DNA of 64,000 bases from Candidatus Eiseniibacteriota bacterium (lineage in GTDB: Bacteria; Eisenbacteria; RBG-16-71-46; CAIMUX01; VGJL01): positions 12,390-76,389 of the forward strand of contig JAXDAY010000010.1 in NCBI GenBank assembly GCA_034679345.1, read 5' to 3'. The translations under genes were made by a program, and so were the position numbers. A model generated the notes under the pieces. It was not told where the DNA came from and did not search any database. It worked only from the letters and a program-made list of their open reading frames with translations. Position 1 is the stretch's first letter; each line of letters begins with the position of its first letter. Below, piece after piece: positions 47,578 to 59,998 of the stretch.

Positions 47578-47736
47578 TCCTCTCCCGGGTCGATCGCGAA
47601 AGGGAATGGAAACGCTACGGCACGCGGCGCGCTTGCGCAAGGGGCGGATCGCCTCGGCGCGAGAGCTCGCCCAAGTTCCGTCCTTCCGGTCCGGGAGGGC
47701 CGAGCGGTACAGTCCTCGGATACTGGAGGAACCCCG

Positions 47737-49267
47737 ATGCCCGAGGATCCCCGACTCGAATCGCTCCGCGACCGCAAGCGCCGCCTTCTCGACGGGGGCG
47801 GGCGTGAGAAGATCGACCGGCTCCACGCTCGAGGCCGCCTGACCGCCAGGGAACGGATCCAGGCGCTCTGCGACCCCGGCTCGTTCCAGGAGATGGGCGT
47901 CTTCGTCACCCATCGGTGCGTCGACTTTGGAATGGGGGATCGCCGGGTGGACGGGGACGGCGTCGTCAGCGGGTTCGGCCGGATCGACGGCCGCGCCGTC
48001 TATGTCTTCGCCCAGGACTTCACCGTCTTCGGCGGAACTCTATCGGAGGCCAACGCCCGCAAGATCTGCGACCTCATGGACCGAGCCCTCGAGAACGGCG
48101 CGCCCGTGATCGGCCTGAACGACTCCGGGGGAGCGCGGATCCAGGAAGGGGTCGCCTCCCTGGGAGGCTACGCCGAGATCTTCCTGCGCAACACCCTCGC
48201 CTCCGGCGTCGTCCCGCAGATCTCCGCCGTCTTCGGCCCCTGCGCGGGCGGGGCCGTCTACTCGCCCGCGATCACCGACTTCACCCTGATGGTGAAGGAG
48301 ACGAGCCACATGTTCGTGACCGGACCCAGTGTCATCAAGGCGGTCACGAACGAGGAGGTTTCGTTCGAGGATCTGGGCGGAGCGATGACGCACAACACCA
48401 AGTCGGGAGTCGCCCATTTCGCCACGGAAGACGACCTGGACTGCGTCCGCACGATCCGGCGGCTGCTCTCCTACCTGCCGCAGAACAACGCGGAGGATCC
48501 GCCGACGGCGGAGCGCATCGACGATCCGCAGCGATGCGACTCCGAGCTCGACGCGATCGTGCCGCGCGAGCCGAATCTCCCCTATGACATCCGCGACATC
48601 GTCGAGCGGGTCGTCGATGTGGGCTCCTTCCTCGAGGTCCACGAGCACTTCGCGAAGAACATCGTCGTGGGATTCGCCCGTCTCGACGGTAGGAGCGTTG
48701 GGATCGTCGCGAACCAGCCGCGCTATCTGGCCGGCGTTCTCGACATCAACTCATCCGTCAAGGGCGCCCGGTTCGTTCGCTTCTGCGACGCCTTCAACAT
48801 CCCGCTCGTCACCTTCGAGGACGTTCCGGGATTCCTCCCCGGCACCGCCCAGGAATGGGGCGGCATCATCCGAAACGGGGCGAAGCTCCTCTACGCCTAC
48901 TGCGAGGCGACGGTGCCGAAGCTCACCGTCGTGGTCCGCAAAGCCTACGGCGGAGCCTACGACGTGATGAGCTCGAAGCACATCCGCGGCGACTACAATG
49001 TCGCCTGGCCCTCCGCAGAGCTCGCCGTGATGGGAGCCGAGGGAGCGGTGCGAATCGTCTTCAAGAAACGAATCGAGGAGGCGGCCGATCCCGCCGCCGA
49101 GGAGAAGCGCCTCGTCGAGGAGTACAACCGGACCTTCGCGCATCCTTACATCGCCGCCTCCCTGGGCTACATCGACGATGTGATCGAGCCGAGCGAGACG
49201 CGGCCCAAGCTGATCGGGGCGCTGGCGATGCTCGCGAACAAGCGCCAGCAGAATCCGCCGAGGAAGC

Positions 49268-49287
<20 letters not shown>
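47737..49287 (+). CDS. pccB: Propionyl-CoA carboxylase beta subunit / methylmalonyl-CoA carboxyltransferase (12S)
   Basis: ORF-track frame 47068..49287. Start [18 protein letters not shown] at 47737 after GGAGGA. Carboxyltransferase halves [15 protein letters not shown]... / [19 protein letters not shown]... Confidence 0.9.
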
Positions 49288-50817
<1,530 letters not shown>

Positions 50818-50821
<4 letters not shown>

Positions 50822-51360
50822 CCGGCGGGACCCGGGAGTACCTCGCCCGCGTGGGGGGGCGGGAGCGGCGGGTCCGGATCGAGCCGGACGGCGAGGGCCT
50901 GCGCATCCGCATCGATGGGGAGGAGTTCCACGTCACTTGCGAGGCTTACCCGGACGGCGAGCATTGCATCCTCCTGAACGGCCGCCCCCAAGTCGTGATC
51001 GTCAAACCGGCGGGGCCGCAGAGCTATCGCGTGATCCACGGGGCGGGCGAGATGGATGTCGAGCTGGCCGATCCGATCGAGTCGCGCCTCACGCGGCGCT
51101 CGGGCGTGATTCGCCACGAGGGCGAAATCGAGATCCGCTCGCCGATGCACGGCACGGTCATCGCCGTCCAGGCCGTCGAGGGCGATAGGATCGAGGAGGA
51201 GGCGCCCTTGGTCGTCCTCGAAGCGATGAAGATGCAGAATGCGCTGACCAGCCCGTCGCGCGGCCGAATCGCGCGGGTGCTGGTTCGCCCCGGGCAGACC
51301 GTCGAGGGCGATGCGTTGCTCGTCGTCCTCGAGAGGGACTCGACGGAGGGAGAAGCATGA
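50818..51360 (+). CDS. Biotin carboxyl carrier protein / biotinyl domain subunit
   Basis: C-terminal part of ORF 50332..51360 from MTGGTREY (ATGA overlap with the accC stop). Biotinylation motif VLEAMKMQN. Confidence 0.8.
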
Positions 51361-52991
51361 GCGAGTCGCGGAGGAGATGGGAGGAATCGGCGGCGAAGCG
51401 CAAGGACCGCAAGGAGCGATTTCGCGCATCCTCCATCGGGATCGGATCGCTCTACACGCCCGATGATCTGCCGGGCTTCGTCCACGACCGCGACCTGGGC
51501 TATCCCGGCTTCTACCCGTTCGTCCGCGGCGTGCAGCCGTCGATGTACCGGGGCCGCCTCTGGACGATGCGCCAGTACGCGGGCTTCGGCTCCGCGGATG
51601 AGACGAACCGCCGCTTCCGTTACCTCCTCGACCAGGGACAGACCGGCCTCTCGATCGCATTCGACCTTCCCACGCAGATGGGATACGACTCGACCGACGC
51701 GCTGAGCGTCGGCGAGGTCGGCAAGGTCGGCGTGGCGATCGACTCCCTGGAAGACATGGAGCGATTGCTGGAAGGAATCCCGCTCGACTCCGTGACGACC
51801 TCGATGACGATCAACGCGACCGCATCGATCCTGCTTCTCATGTACGAGTCGGTCGCGAGGCGCCGGGGGATACCCAGCGAGAAGCTCGGCGGCACGATCC
51901 AGAACGATATCCTTAAAGAGTACGAGGCGCGCGGGACCTTCATCTTCCCGCCCGGACCCTCCCTGCGCCTCACGACCGATTGCCTCGAGTACTGCTCGAA
52001 GGCGATGCCCCTCTGGAATCCCATCTCGATCAGCGGCTATCACATTCGCGAAGCCGGGGCGACGGCGGCACAGGAACTGGCGTTCACCTTCGCCAACGCG
52101 CGCGCCTACGTTCGTGCCGCGGTCGAGAGGGGGCTCGCCGTCGACGCGTTCGCGCCGCGCCTCTCCTTCTTCTGGAACGCGCACAACAACCTCTTCGAGG
52201 AGGTGGCGAAGTTCCGCGCCGCGAGGCGCATCTGGGCCCGCACGATGCGCGAGGAGTTCGCGGCGAGCGATCCGCGCAGCTGGATGCTCCGCTTCCACGC
52301 CCAGACCGCCGGCAGCACTCTGACCGCGCAGCAGGTCGATGTGAACGTCGTGCGCACGACCGTGCAGGCAATTGCGGCCATCCTCGGCGGCGCCCAGTCG
52401 CTGCACACCAACAGCCGCGACGAAGCCCTCTCGCTCCCGGCGGAGGACTCGGCGGTGCTGGCGCTGCGAACCCAGCAGGTTCTGGCGGAGGAGTCGGGAA
52501 TCGCCGACATCATCGATCCCCTGGGCGGCTCCTGGTTCGTCGAGTCGCTGACCAACGAGCTCGAGACGGCCGCCAATGCGCTCATCGTCCGGATCGACGA
52601 GGCCGGAGGGGTGCTCCGGGCGATCGAGAGCGGCTTCATCCAGCGGGAGATCCATCGTTCGGCCTACGAGCAGCAGCTGGCGGTCGAGCGGGGTGAGATG
52701 GGCGTCGTCGGCGTGAATCGCTTCGTCATGGACGAGCCGGCGCATCCGATCTCATTCCGAAGCGATCCCGAGGTGGGACGCCGACAGGCCGAGAGGCTCG
52801 AGACGCTGCGCCGCCGCAGGGACGCGGTGGCGGTGGAACGCGCCCTCGCGGCCCTGCGCGAGAGCGCCGGCGGCAACGGGAATCTCTTGCCCGTCTTGCG
52901 CGAGTGCGTGGAGTCGTGCGCGACGATCGGCGAGATCTGTCACAGCCTGCGAGCAGTATTCGGGGTCCACCGCGACACGGGCAGGCTGTGA
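51357..52991 (+). CDS. Methylmalonyl-CoA mutase catalytic (substrate-binding TIM-barrel) subunit, lacking a B12-binding domain
   Basis: 544 aa. [59 protein letters not shown]... It ends without the C-terminal cobalamin-binding Rossmann domain (no DxHxxG region). Confidence 0.85.
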   Translation: MSESRRRWEESAAKRKDRKERFRASSIGIGSLYTPDDLPGFVHDRDLGYPGFYPFVRGVQPSMYRGRLWTMRQYAGFGSADETNRRFRYLLDQGQTGLSIAFDLPTQMGYDSTDALSVGEVGKVGVAIDSLEDMERLLEGIPLDSVTTSMTINATASILLLMYESVARRRGIPSEKLGGTIQNDILKEYEARGTFIFPPGPSLRLTTDCLEYCSKAMPLWNPISISGYHIREAGATAAQELAFTFANARAYVRAAVERGLAVDAFAPRLSFFWNAHNNLFEEVAKFRAARRIWARTMREEFAASDPRSWMLRFHAQTAGSTLTAQQVDVNVVRTTVQAIAAILGGAQSLHTNSRDEALSLPAEDSAVLALRTQQVLAEESGIADIIDPLGGSWFVESLTNELETAANALIVRIDEAGGVLRAIESGFIQREIHRSAYEQQLAVERGEMGVVGVNRFVMDEPAHPISFRSDPEVGRRQAERLETLRRRRDAVAVERALAALRESAGGNGNLLPVLRECVESCATIGEICHSLRAVFGVHRDTGRL

Positions 52992-54088
52992 AGCGCCCGC
53001 GATTGCGATTGCTCCGGCCGGCGGCGCTGGCGCTGATGGCGCTCTCGCTTGCATCCCTCGGGCGCGCGGAGGGAGCCGATTCGGTCGCGGCCCTAAAGCA
53101 TCGGACGAGCTTCCTTCCGGCGCTCTTCTATACGCCCGACACGAAGCTCGGCGGCGGGGCGGTCGTCTTCACGGTGCTCTCGGATACGCTGCAGAGGCGA
53201 CGATCCTCCCTTCTCATGGGGGCGGGATTCTACACGCAACGCCACCAGGTCCTCCTCTCGCTCCTGGCCGATCTGGAACTCTCCGGCGGAGGCCGCCGGG
53301 TCGCCGGCTCCGTCGGTTGGAGGAAGTTCCCCGACTATTTCTACGGCATCGGCCCGAGGAGCTCCTCGGAGGACGAGGAGACCTTCACGCCGCGCGTGGC
53401 CGATGCGCAGGCGTCCTTTCAACGGCGCATCTTCAGCCGCCTGCGGCCCGGAGTGCGCTTCGAGGCCCGCAAAGTCGACCTGCGCGACTTGCAGGCCGGC
53501 GGGGTCCTCTCCGCGGGCGGAGTCCCTGGCAGCGCGGGCGGCGTGAGCGCGGGGGCGGGAGCGTTGATCGAATGGGACGACCGCGGCCCGACCATCAGCC
53601 CTCCATGGGGCAGGATCTGGCGCCTCGAGTCGACCGGCTTCGGGCGGCTGTGGGGAAGCGACTACTCGTTCAGTCGACACCTGGCCGACCTGCGCGAGTA
53701 CATCCCCGCTGGAGGCGATCGTGTCGTGGCGATCCGGGCACTCGCGGTGGAGAATCGCGGAGGGGTCCCGTTCGATCGGATGGCGACCCTCGGAGGCGAA
53801 TCGCTCCTCAGGGGATACGCGGAGTCGCGTTACCGGGACGCCAGCGCGGCGATCCTTCAGGCGGAGATCCGCTCTCCGCTCTGGCGGAGATTCGGCGGAG
53901 TGATCTTCTGCGGCCTCGGCGATGTCGCGCCGCGGCTGGAGAAACTCGCGCCCCGGCGGTTCAAGCACGCGTTCGGGGCAGGACTTCGTTTCGCCCTGAA
54001 CCAGAAGGATCGACTGAACCTACGCGCCGATCTCGGTTTCGGCTCCGGATCGAGCGGATTCTACTTCGGCGGAGCCGAGGCGTTCTGA
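52988..54088 (+). CDS. Omp85/BamA-family outer-membrane beta-barrel (barrel-only, no POTRA domains)
   Basis: GTG start at 52988 (GTGA overlap with the mutase stop). Signal peptide [30 protein letters not shown]-terminal Bac_surface_Ag signature GGESLLRGY...[13 protein letters not shown]...[24 protein letters not shown]...FYFGGAEAF. Confidence 0.65.
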   Translation: MKRPRLRLLRPAALALMALSLASLGRAEGADSVAALKHRTSFLPALFYTPDTKLGGGAVVFTVLSDTLQRRRSSLLMGAGFYTQRHQVLLSLLADLELSGGGRRVAGSVGWRKFPDYFYGIGPRSSSEDEETFTPRVADAQASFQRRIFSRLRPGVRFEARKVDLRDLQAGGVLSAGGVPGSAGGVSAGAGALIEWDDRGPTISPPWGRIWRLESTGFGRLWGSDYSFSRHLADLREYIPAGGDRVVAIRALAVENRGGVPFDRMATLGGESLLRGYAESRYRDASAAILQAEIRSPLWRRFGGVIFCGLGDVAPRLEKLAPRRFKHAFGAGLRFALNQKDRLNLRADLGFGSGSSGFYFGGAEAF

Positions 54089-54109
54089 GACGCCGATCGG
54101 AGGATTGAG

Positions 54110-54508
54110 ATGTCGCTCGGAATCGATCACATCGGGATCGCGGTCACGCACGTGGAAGAGGCCCTCACGCTCTGGCGAGGGACGCTCGGGCTCGAGCTCG
54201 CTCAGATCGAGGAGGTTCCGTCTCAGAAGCTCGTCTCCTACCATCTCCGCGCCGGAGAGAGCCACATCGAGCTTCTCTCCCCGACCGATCCCGCGTCGGT
54301 GATCCATCGCTTCCTCGAGAAGAACGGTCCCGGGATCCACCACATCGCCCTGCGGGTCGAGGATCTCGATGGAATGCGCGCGCGGCTTCTGCAATCGGGC
54401 TATCAGCCGATCGGAGAACCCTCCATGGGGGCCAGCGGCAAACGAATCCAGTTCTTCCATCCCAAGACGACGGGCGGAGTCCTTCTGGAGATCTGCGCTA
54501 CGGCCTGA
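54110..54508 (+). CDS. mce: Methylmalonyl-CoA epimerase (VOC/glyoxalase family)
   Basis: 132 aa. MSLGIDHIGIAVTHVEEA...GPGIHHIALRVEDLD...GVLLEI. Confidence 0.85.
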   Translation: MSLGIDHIGIAVTHVEEALTLWRGTLGLELAQIEEVPSQKLVSYHLRAGESHIELLSPTDPASVIHRFLEKNGPGIHHIALRVEDLDGMRARLLQSGYQPIGEPSMGASGKRIQFFHPKTTGGVLLEICATA

Positions 54509-54654
54509 GGAAGGGTTCGCTCCCCCCCGCCCCCCCTCTCGCCGGCCGGTGCGAACGAACGTCGCTTTCCTCAAAGCCGCGCCGGCAATTGGCCGATCTC
54601 AGAGAGAAGGGCCGGAAAGCCCCAACCGGGCCGACCAGCCGGGAAAGGCGGGCC

Positions 54655-56313
54655 ATGTCGCTTGCCCCGCGCAAGACGCATGCCGAGATGACCGAGCCGG
54701 GCACGCCGGGAGCCGCCGATGCTTCGCGCGCCTGGTTCGACCTGTTCCTTCGAACCATCAAGATCTGCCGGACCTACAATCCGGGCAACCTGACCGTCCC
54801 GCGCATCCGGGCCCGGCTCGCGGCGGAGCTGCGCGAGATTCTCTCGCGGCAGGAGTCGTTGCGCTTCTGCGTGACATCGAAGGGGCCGACGACGATCGAT
54901 GGGCAACCGCTCGCCGCCTCCGACTCGGAGCCAGACATCGGATTCCTCCTTTATCGAGACGGCATCCGCGCGATCGGCTTCCGCCGCGGGATCGCGCGGG
55001 ACGAGCTCGATCGATTCCTCGATCTGCTGCTGGCGCGATCCGCAGCGGGTCTCGAGGAGGACGATCTGCAGATCGCCCTCTGGAAGATGGCGCCGGAGCG
55101 CATCGACTGCCTCGCCGTGCCGATCGAGAGCGAGCTCGAGGAAGAGGAGGAAGAAGGGGCCGCAGCGGAGACGAACTGGCCGGATGCGGGGCGCGAGGAG
55201 GAGACGCGCGAGGCGGAGGCGATCGAGGAAGCCCTCGCAACCGGGGACCAGCGGCTACCCGAAGCCGCCGACTCCGACGCGGAAGAGCTCGTGCGGGCGA
55301 TCCGCGCGCGGTGTTCCGCGTCGATCTACGAGCGGGCGACAGGGATCGTCGAGCGCTGTCTCAGCCAATGTGCCACGGACCAGGAGAGGCGAGACTTCCT
55401 CCCGATCCTCCAGCGCCTGTCGCGCCACGCCATGGCGCAGGGAGACTGGTCGGAGGCCGCGAGCGCGCTCGAGGCGATGCGTCGTCACGCGGCGTTCGCG
55501 GAGACCGCCGAGGATCCGGCGCTCCGGCTTCTTTCGGTCGCATCGATCCTACGGGTGCACGAGCGTCTCGACGGGAGCGATCCCGCCGGCATCGCGGAGT
55601 TCATCCGCTTCGCCCGAAGCACCGGCGACGCTGCGGTCGATTGGCTCGTCTTCGCCGTGGGCGAGTGCCAGCAGCGGCGCAGTCGGAGGATCCTCGCGGA
55701 TGCCCTGGTGCCGCTCTGCAAGGATCGCCCGGAAAGGCTCACGGGCTGGATCGGCGATCCCCGATGGTATCTCGTGCGCAACATCGTCTATGTCCTGGGC
55801 GCGATCGGGGGCGCGGGTACCGTCGGCCTGCTGGAACCTCTCCTCCATCACCCGGATCGTCGCGTCCGACGCGAAGTGGCGACTGCACTCAGCCACGCCG
55901 CCGCGCAAGAGGCTCGTCCACTCCTTTTGCAGATGCTAGGCGATTGCGACAGCGGCGTCCTGACGGCGGTCCTCGACCGCCTGGCCGGGACGGCCGACCC
56001 GGCGCTGGCGCGCAAGCTGCTCGAGCGCATCCATGAGCCGGACTTCGCCGAGCAACCGCCGGAACTTCGGCTCGCCATCTGCAGGACGGCCGGCTCCGCC
56101 GGAGGGGAAACGATCCTGCCGGCGCTCGAAGCCGAGCTCGCCAGGGGCGGTTGGATCGCCTCCTCTCGATTCACCCACAGCGATGCCATCGCTCTCTGCA
56201 TCGCCGGCGTCGGGACGAAGGCGGCGAAAGAGGTCCTGGAGAGATCGGCCCGCTCCGCGCGCGCCTCGATCCGGCAGGCCGCCCGCTCGGCGCTCGATGG
56301 AGTTGCCCGATGA
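54655..56313 (+). CDS. HEAT-repeat (PBS-lyase-type) protein
   Basis: ORF-track frame 54589..56313. Start is uncertain (54589 or the M at ~54655). C-terminal half has HEAT-like repeats DPRWYLVRNIVYVLGAIGGAGTVGLLEPLLHHPDRRVRREVATALSHAA / LLLQMLGDCDSGVLTAVLDRLA / LLERIHEPDFAEQPPELRLAICRTAG. The stop overlaps the next start (ATGA). Confidence 0.6.
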   Translation: MSLAPRKTHAEMTEPGTPGAADASRAWFDLFLRTIKICRTYNPGNLTVPRIRARLAAELREILSRQESLRFCVTSKGPTTIDGQPLAASDSEPDIGFLLYRDGIRAIGFRRGIARDELDRFLDLLLARSAAGLEEDDLQIALWKMAPERIDCLAVPIESELEEEEEEGAAAETNWPDAGREEETREAEAIEEALATGDQRLPEAADSDAEELVRAIRARCSASIYERATGIVERCLSQCATDQERRDFLPILQRLSRHAMAQGDWSEAASALEAMRRHAAFAETAEDPALRLLSVASILRVHERLDGSDPAGIAEFIRFARSTGDAAVDWLVFAVGECQQRRSRRILADALVPLCKDRPERLTGWIGDPRWYLVRNIVYVLGAIGGAGTVGLLEPLLHHPDRRVRREVATALSHAAAQEARPLLLQMLGDCDSGVLTAVLDRLAGTADPALARKLLERIHEPDFAEQPPELRLAICRTAGSAGGETILPALEAELARGGWIASSRFTHSDAIALCIAGVGTKAAKEVLERSARSARASIRQAARSALDGVAR

Positions 56314-57608
56314 GCTCCACTCCCGAGGAACGCGCGGGTGGCCCTCGTGCCCTCGCTCCACCGGAAACGGAGGACATCTCATCGCGGATCGGGCCGCTCC
56401 TCGTTCTCCGGCTCGCGGCGACCTTGCGCACAGCGGCGAGCCACGGGGTCTCGAATCAGGTCTTCCTCCGGCACATGCGCGAGTTTCTTGCGACCGCAGC
56501 TCCGCTTCTTTCCCAGGGCGAGCTCTCGCTCGCGGCGGCCGCCGGCTACCTCCATGTCAACGGCGTCCGCGTCCTCGCCAAGCCGATCCACCTCGCGGTC
56601 CACCGCAGGCTGATGGCCGATCTCGCGAGGCTCGGGGTCGGAGGCCTCCTCTTCCTGCAGATGCCCGACCCGGACGAGATGGCCCGCGCGATCGAGATGC
56701 TTCTCGCCGAGGAGGCGCATCCCGCTTCCAGCGGGCTCTCGAGGAGGTTGAAGGAGATGGGAATCGAGTCGGTTCAGGCGCTCGAGCCCATCGGCCAGCA
56801 GGAGGAGAGACCCGAGGCGGAGTCTCCGATCGCGGCCAGCGGCGAGGCGACGGTCCCCGAGGAACATCGACTCGCAAGCGAAGCCCGCGCCTCCGCGATC
56901 CACGCCCTCGACCTGGCACTGCGCCGGACCCGGCGCAATGGGTATCCCGACCTTCGCAAGGCCCAACGGATCGTGCAGCCCCTCGTCGAGCGCGTCATCC
57001 GGCGCGAGGATTCGCTCCTGGACTGGGCCGCGCTCAGGCATCCCACGGATGGGGCCTGCGGCCACTGCGTCGATGTCGCGATCCTCTCGATCGCCGCGGG
57101 CAGGGAGCTCGGCCTCGGGCGCGCGGAGCTTGCCGACATCGGCGTCTGCGCCCTTCTTCATGACCTGGGGAGACTGGAGATGCGAGGTGCGCTTCCCGCC
57201 GATCCGGGCAGGTGCGCGGATCCCGCGCGGGAGACGGTCCGGCATCGTCGGCTCTCGGGGGCGAGGCTGCTCGCGCGCGCCCCAGGCCTCTCGCTTCTTC
57301 TGCTCGATGCGATGGAGACTTGTCTGTGGCAGCCTTTCGGCCCCGTGCCCTGCGGATCGCCGCCCGCCTTCGACGGAGCCACCGACTCCCCGATCGCGCG
57401 GATCGTGGCCGTCGCCGACCGCTACGACGCGCTCACCACCCCTCGGACGCCTCGAAGTGCCGTTTCGAGCCCCAAGGAGGCGATCGAGCGGCTTCGCGCA
57501 AGCGCGGGCAGCCGGTTCGATCCCGCCATCGTGTGCGCCCTCTCCCGGGCGCTGGGATGCTCGACGACGGATTCGTCGGCGTCCACTCGCGCGCTCCCGG
57601 CCGGCTGA
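56310..57608 (+). CDS. HD-domain protein of the HD-GYP family with degenerate HHE and GYP motifs
   Basis: ORF-track frame 56151..57608. Start MSSTPEERAG at 56310. HD-domain blocks CGHCVDVAILSIAAGRELGL, LLHDLGRL and IVAVADRYDALTT are present. The region where HHExxDGSGYP is expected reads CLWQPFGPVPCGSPP. Confidence 0.7.
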   Translation: MSSTPEERAGGPRALAPPETEDISSRIGPLLVLRLAATLRTAASHGVSNQVFLRHMREFLATAAPLLSQGELSLAAAAGYLHVNGVRVLAKPIHLAVHRRLMADLARLGVGGLLFLQMPDPDEMARAIEMLLAEEAHPASSGLSRRLKEMGIESVQALEPIGQQEERPEAESPIAASGEATVPEEHRLASEARASAIHALDLALRRTRRNGYPDLRKAQRIVQPLVERVIRREDSLLDWAALRHPTDGACGHCVDVAILSIAAGRELGLGRAELADIGVCALLHDLGRLEMRGALPADPGRCADPARETVRHRRLSGARLLARAPGLSLLLLDAMETCLWQPFGPVPCGSPPAFDGATDSPIARIVAVADRYDALTTPRTPRSAVSSPKEAIERLRASAGSRFDPAIVCALSRALGCSTTDSSASTRALPAG

Positions 57609-57629
57609 ATCGCCGCGCGAAGAGAGGCT

Positions 57630-58799
57630 CTACAGCGCCTGGCCCCGCTCGGCTCTCGCCAGCTCGGCTCTCGCGATGACGATGCGCTGCATCTCGCTCG
57701 TGCCTTCATAGATCTCCGTCACGCGCGCATCGCGGTAGTAGCGCTCCACGGGGTAATCCTTCGTGTAGCCGTACCCTCCGTGGATCTGGATTGCGGCGTG
57801 CGTGACCCGGGTCGCCGCCTCCGAGGCGAATAGCTTCGCGATCGAGGCTTGCGGTCCGTAGGGGATTCCCGCGTCCTTCATCGCGGCGGCCCGGTAGACC
57901 AGCAGCGAGGAGACCTGGATGTCGGTGTCCATCTCGGCCAGCTTCAGACGGATCGCCTCGAAGTCCGAAAGCGCCCTCCCGAACTGCCGACGCGTGCGGG
58001 CATAGGACAGCGCCTCGGCGTACGCCGCGCGCGCGATGCCCAATGCCTGGGCGCCGACGCCGATCCGTCCGTTGTCGAGGGCGCTCATCGCCACGCGGAA
58101 TCCCGCCCCCTCCGCGCCGAGCTGTTGTTCCGCAGCCAATCTCACGGACTCGAAGACCAGCTCGGCGGTGTCGGACGCTCGAAGCCCCATCTTGCTCTCG
58201 AGCTTGCTGATCGAGAGACCCGGCGCATCGCGCTCCACGAGGAAGGCGGTGATCCCCTTGTGGCCCAGGACGGGATCGGGATCGCTCCTCGCGAAGACGA
58301 GGAAGATCCCCGCCTGGGTGGCGTTCGACACCCAGAGCTTCGTCCCGTTCAGCACCCAGCCCTCTCCATCCCGCTCGGCGCGCATTCTCAGGCTCGCCGC
58401 GTCGCTCCCCGCTTCCGCCTCCGAGAGGCAGAAGGCTCCCAGGTCGCGCGCCGCCAGGCGGGGCAGGAACCGCCGCCTCTGTTCCTCGGTGCCGTACATC
58501 AGCACCGGGAAGGCCCCGACGGAGTTGTGCACCGCGATGGCGATGGCGATCGCCGCGCAGACCTTCGCCAGCTCCTCGATGACGCGGGTGTAGACAATGG
58601 CCCTCACCCCGATTCCGCCGTACTCCTCAGGAATCAGGAGGCCGAAGAGCCCTAGCTCGCGCAGCTTCCCGATCGCCTCCACCGGGACGCGCCCCTCGCG
58701 GTCCAGATCGGAGGCGATCGGCGCGAGCTCGCCGGCGGCGAAATCGCGCACCATCTCGATCACCATCCGCTCATCTTCTGCGAGATCGGCGTCGAACAC
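57630..58799 (-). CDS. Acyl-CoA dehydrogenase
   Basis: 389 aa. Typical ACAD N, middle and C domains (YGGIGV..., GSEAEAGSDAASLR, IHGGYGYTKDYPVERYYRDARVTEIYEGTSEMQR). Confidence 0.9.
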   Translation of the reverse strand: MFDADLAEDERMVIEMVRDFAAGELAPIASDLDREGRVPVEAIGKLRELGLFGLLIPEEYGGIGVRAIVYTRVIEELAKVCAAIAIAIAVHNSVGAFPVLMYGTEEQRRRFLPRLAARDLGAFCLSEAEAGSDAASLRMRAERDGEGWVLNGTKLWVSNATQAGIFLVFARSDPDPVLGHKGITAFLVERDAPGLSISKLESKMGLRASDTAELVFESVRLAAEQQLGAEGAGFRVAMSALDNGRIGVGAQALGIARAAYAEALSYARTRRQFGRALSDFEAIRLKLAEMDTDIQVSSLLVYRAAAMKDAGIPYGPQASIAKLFASEAATRVTHAAIQIHGGYGYTKDYPVERYYRDARVTEIYEGTSEMQRIVIARAELARAERGQAL

Positions 58800-58801
58800 T
58801 T

Positions 58802-59998
58802 CTACTCCTCGAGGAGCCTGCGGGCGCAGCCGAGCAGGGCGGCCTCGCGCGTCGAGGGGTTGAGCTCCGTCGTCTTGGCGTCGCGGAAGTGGCGCTCGAT
58901 CCCATGGTCCGCAAGCGATCCGACCCCTCCCACGATCTGGATTGCGGAGTCGGCGATGCGCACCGCCGAGCGAGAGGCATGCGCGCGCGCCTGAGCCGCC
59001 TCGTAAACGAAGTCGCCTCCGGCTTCTCGGGCGCGACAGGCGCGCAGCAGGAGGAGCCGGGAGGCGTCGAGCGCGACGCGCATGTCGGCGATCGGAAACT
59101 GCACGCGCTGGCGCGTTCCCGCCATCTCACCGTCCGCATCCCGGCTGCCGGCGAACGCCACCGCCCGCTCGTGAGCCGCCTCGGCGATTCCGACCGCCTG
59201 CGCCGCGACCAGGATATCCGCGAAGCCCAGGACCGCGCGGAGGCTCGCGCGGTCCTCCAGGGTGGAACCGATCTCGTGAATCGCGGGAACCGGAAGGGAA
59301 TCGAATCGCACGCTCGCGGTCCCGGACGCCCGCACTCCGATCAGCGCATCCGCCTCGCCCACGAAGAGACGGCTTTCGTCCCTGGGGACGAGCAGAAGGA
59401 CACGCTGGCGCGGGGCGTGAAGTGAGTCGTCCGCGACGAAGGCGTAGACCAGGAAGAGCCCGGCCCCCACGGCGCCGGGCACAAAGGATTTCCAGTTCCG
59501 CAGGACGAAACCCTTCTCCCCGCGGGCGGCGACGGCCGCGGCGCGGTCCGCGCGATGGACCGGATCGGCGAGCGCGAGCGCGCCCAGCATGCCTCCCCCG
59601 GCGAGGCCGGAGAGAAGACGCTCCCCGACCGGGGGAGGCGCGGCGCGCCGCACCGCGTCGAGAACGATGGTGTGGTATGCGAGGAGCAGTCCGATCGAGG
59701 CGCAGGCTCGGGAGAACTCCGCCACGACGATCGCGATCGAGGTCGTATCGAGATCCGAGCCGCCATGCTCGGCCCCCGCGCCGATCCCGAACCAGCCCGC
59801 CGCAGAGAGCCGGAGCAGCTCCTCTCGGGGGAAACGGCGCTCCGCATCGCGCCTCACCGCATCGGGAAGCGCGATCTGCGATGCGGCGAGGTACGCCCGC
59901 TCCCGGAGCGTGATCTGCTCCTCGCTCAGAGGAAAGCTGTAGGGATCGAGGCTCTCAGGAGGCGTAGTCGTAGAACCCCTTCCCCGTCTTGCGGCCAA
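58802..59998 (-). CDS. Acyl-CoA dehydrogenase family protein (divergent)
   Basis: 398 aa. ACAD-like throughout but with lower motif conservation. The N-terminal start is uncertain (overlaps the hbd end by ~44 nt if ATG 59998 is used). Confidence 0.75.
   Translation of the reverse strand: MAARRGRGSTTTPPESLDPYSFPLSEEQITLRERAYLAASQIALPDAVRRDAERRFPREELLRLSAAGWFGIGAGAEHGGSDLDTTSIAIVVAEFSRACASIGLLLAYHTIVLDAVRRAAPPPVGERLLSGLAGGGMLGALALADPVHRADRAAAVAARGEKGFVLRNWKSFVPGAVGAGLFLVYAFVADDSLHAPRQRVLLLVPRDESRLFVGEADALIGVRASGTASVRFDSLPVPAIHEIGSTLEDRASLRAVLGFADILVAAQAVGIAEAAHERAVAFAGSRDADGEMAGTRQRVQFPIADMRVALDASRLLLLRACRAREAGGDFVYEAAQARAHASRSAVRIADSAIQIVGGVGSLADHGIERHFRDAKTTELNPSTREAALLGCARRLLEE

Noticed and set aside
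54509-54588. C-rich stem-like sequence after the epimerase gene (GGTTCGC...C7GC7...GTGCGAAC) as a possible terminator
   Set aside because: The stem is only 6 bp with a ~30-nt loop and there is no downstream U-tract. The HEAT-protein gene follows closely and is probably co-transcribed.
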